A program made the position numbers and the translations under genes. A stretch of DNA of 51,045 bases from the IMG/VR virus record IMGVR_UViG_3300011412_000009, positions 1-51,045 of that record. The stretch is one strand, 5' to 3'. This document shows positions 46,647 through 51,045 of the stretch, in pieces. Position 1 is the first letter of the stretch. Each line of letters starts with the position of its first letter. Source of the stretch: a virus (lineage: Duplodnaviria; Caudoviricetes). The notes under the pieces were generated by a model, which was not told the DNA's origin, made no database searches, and saw nothing but the letters and a program-made list of their open reading frames with translations.

Positions 46647-46909
46647 AGGCTAAAGCCAAGACTCGGCGATGCACCTGTCAGCCGGTTGATGGCATCCATA
46701 CGATGTGGTGTGGTCAGCCAAAGCGGAAACACAAGTGTTTCCCTATACAACAGCCGGACCAGCACATCTTGATGCCGTTGAGGTGTCGGTGGTTTGGGCA
46801 CCCGTGGACGTTCAAACACGAGGGATGTTGGGTATTGGCTGTCTGTAGCCGATGCGGATTGCGTGGAGAGCACTGGAAGTCATGTAAGTCGTCTGAGGTG
46901 GCAGGATGA
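46643..46909 (+). CDS. Small Cys/His-rich protein
   Basis: LRCRWFGHPW...CSRCG motif. Confidence 0.5.
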   Translation: MKAKAKTRRCTCQPVDGIHTMWCGQPKRKHKCFPIQQPDQHILMPLRCRWFGHPWTFKHEGCWVLAVCSRCGLRGEHWKSCKSSEVAG

Positions 46910-47079
46910 GGGCATTTCTGATCTGTGCAGTGCTGGTGGCCCTCACCGCTGTGGCGTCGTTCTACCTTGGGTTGCATCAGCGCCAGGTCTTGCCGACGTC
47001 GATTACCACACCTGAGACGATGATCTGGCATCAGGATTGTCTCCCTCCTGCGCCAGGGGAAGTGTTGGAGAAGTTATGA
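46906..47079 (+). CDS. Small membrane-anchored protein (not in ORF track)
   Basis: MRAFLICAVLVALTAVASFYLG; ATGA overlaps at both ends. Confidence 0.5.
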   Translation: MRAFLICAVLVALTAVASFYLGLHQRQVLPTSITTPETMIWHQDCLPPAPGEVLEKL

Positions 47080-47699
47080 TCGGCACGTCCACGACGCTGG
47101 ATGTTCTCCTGAAGCGTGCCGGCAAGTATCAGGACGGCACCACGCCCACCGTGCTGCCGAGGCTGAGCCGCACGCATTTGCCTGGGTTGTGCCACGAGTT
47201 GGGCTTTACGCGAGGGGCCGAGATCGGCGTGTGGAAGGCTGGCTACTCGCTGCAGTTCTGCAAGGAGGCGCCGAACATGCACATGCTCTGCGTGGACTCA
47301 TGGGCACAGCATGACGGCTGGGATGATGGCAAAGCCTCCAGCCAGGACAAGATCGACGAAGCCTATCTGATCGCCACACAAGTGCTGGCTGAGAAGAACG
47401 CCACGATCGTGCGGAGCTTCTCATCCGATGCGGCGGCTCAGGTGCCTGATGGCTCGCTGGACTTCTGCTACATTGACGGGAATCACGCCTACGAGCATGT
47501 GCTGATGGACCTGATTGACTGGGCGCCGAAAGTCAGGGCTGGCGGGATTCTGGCAGGGCATGACTATCGCATCTTCCCAGAGAAGCCGTATATCCAAGTG
47601 GTGCCAGCGGTGTTGGCCTATACAGCGGCACACCAGATCACTCCGTGGTTCCTGACGGCGGCTGACCGGAATCCGAGTTGGATGTGGGTGGTGAGATGA
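47076..47699 (+). CDS. Class I SAM methyltransferase (Methyltransf_24-like)
   Basis: GAEIGV, VDSW, DFCYIDGNHAYE and GGILAGHDY motifs. Confidence 0.88.
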   Translation: MIGTSTTLDVLLKRAGKYQDGTTPTVLPRLSRTHLPGLCHELGFTRGAEIGVWKAGYSLQFCKEAPNMHMLCVDSWAQHDGWDDGKASSQDKIDEAYLIATQVLAEKNATIVRSFSSDAAAQVPDGSLDFCYIDGNHAYEHVLMDLIDWAPKVRAGGILAGHDYRIFPEKPYIQVVPAVLAYTAAHQITPWFLTAADRNPSWMWVVR

Positions 47700-47823
47700 T
47701 AGACAAGGCTAAGGCGTTGGCCAATATTCGTGCAGGCACTCGGGCCGAGATGCGGTTGGCCTGCTGTGTGGTTGTAGCGTCGTTTGTGTTCGCTTTCGGC
47801 TTTTATCTCTACCTGAAAGCCAT

Positions 47824-48429
47824 ATGAAGCAGATCCAAGGCCTCTGCTGGCCAGACGATGTCGGCACCAAGTGGGCGCACAGCTTTAAGCATGTCCGCTC
47901 TCTCGAGTGGGCCGTCTGTCGCTGTCGACAACGTCGCACGGCGGTGCAGGCCGGTGGGAATATCGGCCTGTGGCCTCGACGGTTGGCTGAGGACTTTGAC
48001 CGTGTCATCACCTTCGAGCCTGATGCCATCAGCCGGGAATGCCTACGGCTGAACGTCCCAGCGTCCGTGGAGGTGCATTCGCAAGCGTTGGGCGCCGTGC
48101 CTGGGGTGTGCGGCCTCGAGCGCGAAAGCCTCGGCTCGCACCATGTGGTGCTGAAGGGGACAGGGGTAGACGTGACCACGGTGGATTCACTCGGCCTGTC
48201 AGATCTCGACCTGTTGCAACTCGACATCGAGGGATACGAATACCACGCCCTGTTTGGCGCGATTGAGACGCTGATCCGGTGTCGGCCGGTGGTGCAAGTG
48301 GAGATGCGCGGCTTTTCAGCGCGGTATTACGCGGGCGATGACGACATCCTGCGGCTGCTGGCACGGTTGGGGTATCTGGAGGTGAGTCGGCAACCTGGGA
48401 ATGATGTGGTATTTGAGGTGCCGCAATGA
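47824..48429 (+). CDS. FkbM-family methyltransferase
   Basis: QAGGNIG, VITFEP and LLQLDIEGYE..AL.GA motifs. Confidence 0.9.
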   Translation: MKQIQGLCWPDDVGTKWAHSFKHVRSLEWAVCRCRQRRTAVQAGGNIGLWPRRLAEDFDRVITFEPDAISRECLRLNVPASVEVHSQALGAVPGVCGLERESLGSHHVVLKGTGVDVTTVDSLGLSDLDLLQLDIEGYEYHALFGAIETLIRCRPVVQVEMRGFSARYYAGDDDILRLLARLGYLEVSRQPGNDVVFEVPQ

Positions 48430-49190
48430 GTTGGGACATCGGCCTCCCCCGTGTGGATGTGCCGCAAGGCGACCAGCCGAAGCACTGCACGATTGTGCTG
48501 CCCTACTATGAGAACCCGCGTTTTCTTGACGGCCAACTGACCAGATTTGAGCAGTTCCCTCCTGAGCTCAGCGCACATATCGACCTGATTGTCTGTGACG
48601 ATGCGTCTCAGAGACACCAAGCAGAGGATGTGATTCGCCGGCACTCTGGCAAGATCGCACTCGGCACTGGCTACAGGCTGTTTCGTAATACCGGGCTGGA
48701 CATTGCATGGAACTGGATTGGTGCTCGTAACAGGGGAGCACATGAGGCGTGGCCAGAAAGCTGGTTGCTGATGACGGATATGGATCATGTCCTCCCGCAG
48801 AGCACCGCCGAGGCGCTGGTTTACGGGAAGCACGATCCAGGCACCGTCTACGCCTTCGAGCGGCTCGAGCACTCCGGCGAGCGCATCCACCCTCATTCAG
48901 CCTCGTTCTTCATGACCCGCGAGATGTTCTGGAAGATTGGCGGCTACGACGAGCGATTCGCAGGTCACTACGGCAGCGACGGCCAGTATCGGAAGCGGCT
49001 CCGTGCGACGGCCCCCCTAGTCATCTCCAGTGACCGCCTGATTCGCTACGAGCGGCACGGCGACTCGAGCACAACGGCCTACGCACGCAAGACGCCTGAG
49101 GACAACGCCGCCATCGCTCGCATCGCCAAGGAGATTGAGGGCACACCCCCGCTGGTGCTGAGTTTCCCGTATGTCGAGGTTCCACTGTGA
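48426..49190 (+). CDS. GT2-like glycosyltransferase
   Basis: IVLPYY, IVCDDAS, ARNRGA, TDMDH and IGGYDERFAG motifs. Confidence 0.85.
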   Translation: MSWDIGLPRVDVPQGDQPKHCTIVLPYYENPRFLDGQLTRFEQFPPELSAHIDLIVCDDASQRHQAEDVIRRHSGKIALGTGYRLFRNTGLDIAWNWIGARNRGAHEAWPESWLLMTDMDHVLPQSTAEALVYGKHDPGTVYAFERLEHSGERIHPHSASFFMTREMFWKIGGYDERFAGHYGSDGQYRKRLRATAPLVISSDRLIRYERHGDSSTTAYARKTPEDNAAIARIAKEIEGTPPLVLSFPYVEVPL

Positions 49191-49320
49191 TCCGACAAGT
49201 TGTGGCGACAGGGTTATTGCTGATTGGTTGTGTCCAGTTGGCGTTCCTGTTTGGCTATCGAGTCGGTCTAGCAGTGCTACTGATTACTATTGCCTCCTGG
49301 ATTGTTCTGGAGGAGCAATC

Positions 49321-50034
49321 GTGAGCGTGCTGTCTGTGGTGACATGGAAGTGGCGCTCCCCAAAGGGCTACCGCTCCACCTTCACCTCGGCCCACGTCAA
49401 CACATTATTTAGGATGGTCAAGCGCCACTATGCCGATGGCCATCGCACGATCTGCGTCACGGACGACCCAACAGGGTTGGACCCGCACATCGAGGTGGTC
49501 CCCCTGTGGAAGGAATGGGCCGACATCCCCAGCCCACACGGAGGGCATAACCCCAGTTGCTATCGACGGTTGAAGATGTTCAGCCCAGAGGCTGGCAGGT
49601 TGTTCGGGGAGCGGTTTGTCAGCATCGACCTCGACACGGTCATTACCGGCAACCTGCGCCACCTGTGGAACCGTCCAGAGGACTTCGTGATGTGGGGCGA
49701 AACCGACCCCCGCAGTTACTACAACGGCAGCATGTGCCTGATGACGGCTGGCTCTCGGCCTCAGGTGTGGGAACGCTTCAACCCACAAACCTCGCCCAAG
49801 GAAGCCAAAGCCGCAGGGAAGTTCGGGTCTGACCAGGGCTGGATCTCCTACGTGCTCGGCCCTGGTGAGGCGACATGGACCACCAAGGATGGTGTGTATT
49901 CCTACCGGCTGCACGTCTACCCCAAGAAGGACAAGCTCCCCCCTGATGCTCGGGTCATTATGTGGCATGGCGGCCAAGATCCCTGGGGACCACACGGCCA
50001 GCGGATCGAGTGGGTCAGGCGGCACTATGTCTGA
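49321..50034 (+). CDS. GT-A fold glycosyltransferase (GT8-like), related to 45113-45829
   Basis: GGAG RBS and GTG start; ICVTDD, SIDLD, YNGSM, SDQGWI and WHG..DPW motifs. Confidence 0.8.
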   Translation: MSVLSVVTWKWRSPKGYRSTFTSAHVNTLFRMVKRHYADGHRTICVTDDPTGLDPHIEVVPLWKEWADIPSPHGGHNPSCYRRLKMFSPEAGRLFGERFVSIDLDTVITGNLRHLWNRPEDFVMWGETDPRSYYNGSMCLMTAGSRPQVWERFNPQTSPKEAKAAGKFGSDQGWISYVLGPGEATWTTKDGVYSYRLHVYPKKDKLPPDARVIMWHGGQDPWGPHGQRIEWVRRHYV

Positions 50035-50257
50035 CCGCTACCTCTATCATCAGAATTGTCGGGCCAACCGTATCTGGTTCCTGCGCTGGCCTGTGCCGAA
50101 GCGCGTCATGGTGTGGCTTGACCACGGCCCTAGGTGGATGGGTCGGTGGCTCTACTGGCGTGGACTGTCACGGATGACGATTACGGAAGACACGGCATTT
50201 GGGACACGCGCCTATCGCTGCCAGCGGTGCTGGTTGTGGCTGCACGAGGATCTGTGA
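50027..50257 (+). CDS. Hypothetical Trp/Arg-rich protein
   Basis: Overlapping ORF; CQRC motif. Confidence 0.35.
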   Translation: MSDRYLYHQNCRANRIWFLRWPVPKRVMVWLDHGPRWMGRWLYWRGLSRMTITEDTAFGTRAYRCQRCWLWLHEDL

Positions 50258-50382
50258 TGAAACTGTTCCACCCTTACAAGATTGATTGGCTAGATGTGGG
50301 CCTGATCGTCTTCAGCTCACTCATGGCCGCAGCGTCGTTCGGCATGGCGGTCGGATTCATCATCTGGGTGATCATTCGGTGA
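50257..50382 (+). CDS. Small membrane protein
   Basis: TGATG coupling; one transmembrane helix. Confidence 0.4.
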   Translation: MKLFHPYKIDWLDVGLIVFSSLMAAASFGMAVGFIIWVIIR

Positions 50383-50786
50383 GTCTCGCCCCACTTCGCA
50401 TCTGCAGCGAGCCAGGCTGTCCCACTCCCACACGGGACACCCGCTGCCCCGTGCATACGCGCACACGGATACAGGCGTATGATAGGCAGCGTGGCACCTC
50501 CACCGAGCGTGGCTACGGCGTCAGATGGGGACGCTACCGGGCCTGGTTCCTCGAGCAATGGCCCCTGTGTGGGGACAAACCAGACTCGGCCCCCCAGACC
50601 ACGGACAGCGAGTGCGAGTGGCTGGGCCTCCAGGTGCCCGCTACGGTGGTCGATCACATCATCCCGGTGACTGGGCCAGACGATCCGACGTTCTTCAAGC
50701 CAGAGGCCCACCAAGCCCTCTGTAGCCGCTGCCACGATGTGAAGCGACAACGGGAGAGCACGCAGGCGAGGACGTCATGCCGATAG
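50379..50786 (+). CDS. Terminase-associated HNH endonuclease (HK97 gp74-like)
   Basis: C..PGCP, RGY..RW, ATVVDHIIP and QALC.RCH..K motifs; located at the genome end. Confidence 0.9.
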   Translation: MSLAPLRICSEPGCPTPTRDTRCPVHTRTRIQAYDRQRGTSTERGYGVRWGRYRAWFLEQWPLCGDKPDSAPQTTDSECEWLGLQVPATVVDHIIPVTGPDDPTFFKPEAHQALCSRCHDVKRQRESTQARTSCR

Positions 50787-51028
50787 GCCCACCACGGGAA
50801 GGCGCCTCACGGCGTGAGATGGCTGAGCACGTCGCCAAACTGGTCTACCAGGAGATTATGGGGTGTCGCCACTGCAAGGTAGACTGGCGCACTCGTGATG
50901 GCGTGACGAACAACGCGAACCCGATGGTCATCCAGCCCTTCTCGGCCACTCCCAAGACCATTGTGATTGAGATCGACGGCGGATGCGGACAGCCAGTGTG
51001 GAACGGGGGGGAGGTTGTAACCTCGTGA
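50777..51028 (+). CDS. Hypothetical protein
   Basis: CRHC motif; last ORF. Confidence 0.4.
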   Translation: MPIGPPREGASRREMAEHVAKLVYQEIMGCRHCKVDWRTRDGVTNNANPMVIQPFSATPKTIVIEIDGGCGQPVWNGGEVVTS

Positions 51029-51045
51029 GGTCAAAAGCCCAAAAC

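Larger units (their letters stand above)
46400..46910 (+). repeat. 15-bp direct repeat AGGTGGCAGGATGAG at 46400-46414 and 46896-46910
   Basis: Exact copies, each containing RBS, ATG and overlapping TGA; they flank two small genes. Confidence 0.8.
1..51045 (+). mobile_element. Near-complete or complete tailed dsDNA phage genome (HK97-type head, siphovirus-like, probably cos packaging)
   Basis: Continuous co-oriented packaging, head, tail, lysis and early modules. HNH gene at the right end and terS/terL near the left end. No host housekeeping genes. Confidence 0.93.

Noticed and set aside
1-51045. Integrase/att site, tRNA genes, reverse transcriptase or DGR, host assignment
   Set aside because: I saw no recombinase or RT motifs, tRNA cloverleaf with T-loop consensus, or TR/VR pair. 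The host cannot be supported from the sequence alone.

Overview
The window reads as an essentially complete, GC-rich, tailed dsDNA phage genome of about 51 kb (HK97-fold head, long tape measure, siphovirus-like). All credible genes are on the + strand. Gene order: ParB-fused DNA methyltransferase, terS, terL, an inserted cassette, prohead protease-major capsid fusion, portal, head-tail and tail genes (with a -1 frameshift chaperone and a 1159-aa tape measure), a long block of virion/fibre genes, a lysis region (M15 peptidase, holin-like and lipoprotein genes, a glycoside hydrolase-like protein), early genes (Arc-like repressor, Bet/RecT recombinase, C5 methyltransferase-like, PD-(D/E)XK nuclease), about 9 kb rich in glycosyltransferases and SAM methyltransferases, and a terminal HNH gene. 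The contig ends look like the two halves of a cos site. I recognised no integrase, CI repressor, polymerase, helicase, tRNA or canonical CRISPR array. The standout is the cassette between terL and the capsid gene (3568-5814). It holds an RHH regulator, a stand-alone Cas7/RAMP-like gene and a translationally coupled partner gene. These are followed by a ~650-nt non-coding array of about 120 GGY-NN pentamers, split into 11 units by a 4-nt GGCA insert and closed by an intrinsic terminator. It looks like a minimal phage-encoded RNA-guided system whose guides carry information in the variable dinucleotides. All family calls come from motif recognition by eye; no searches were run.
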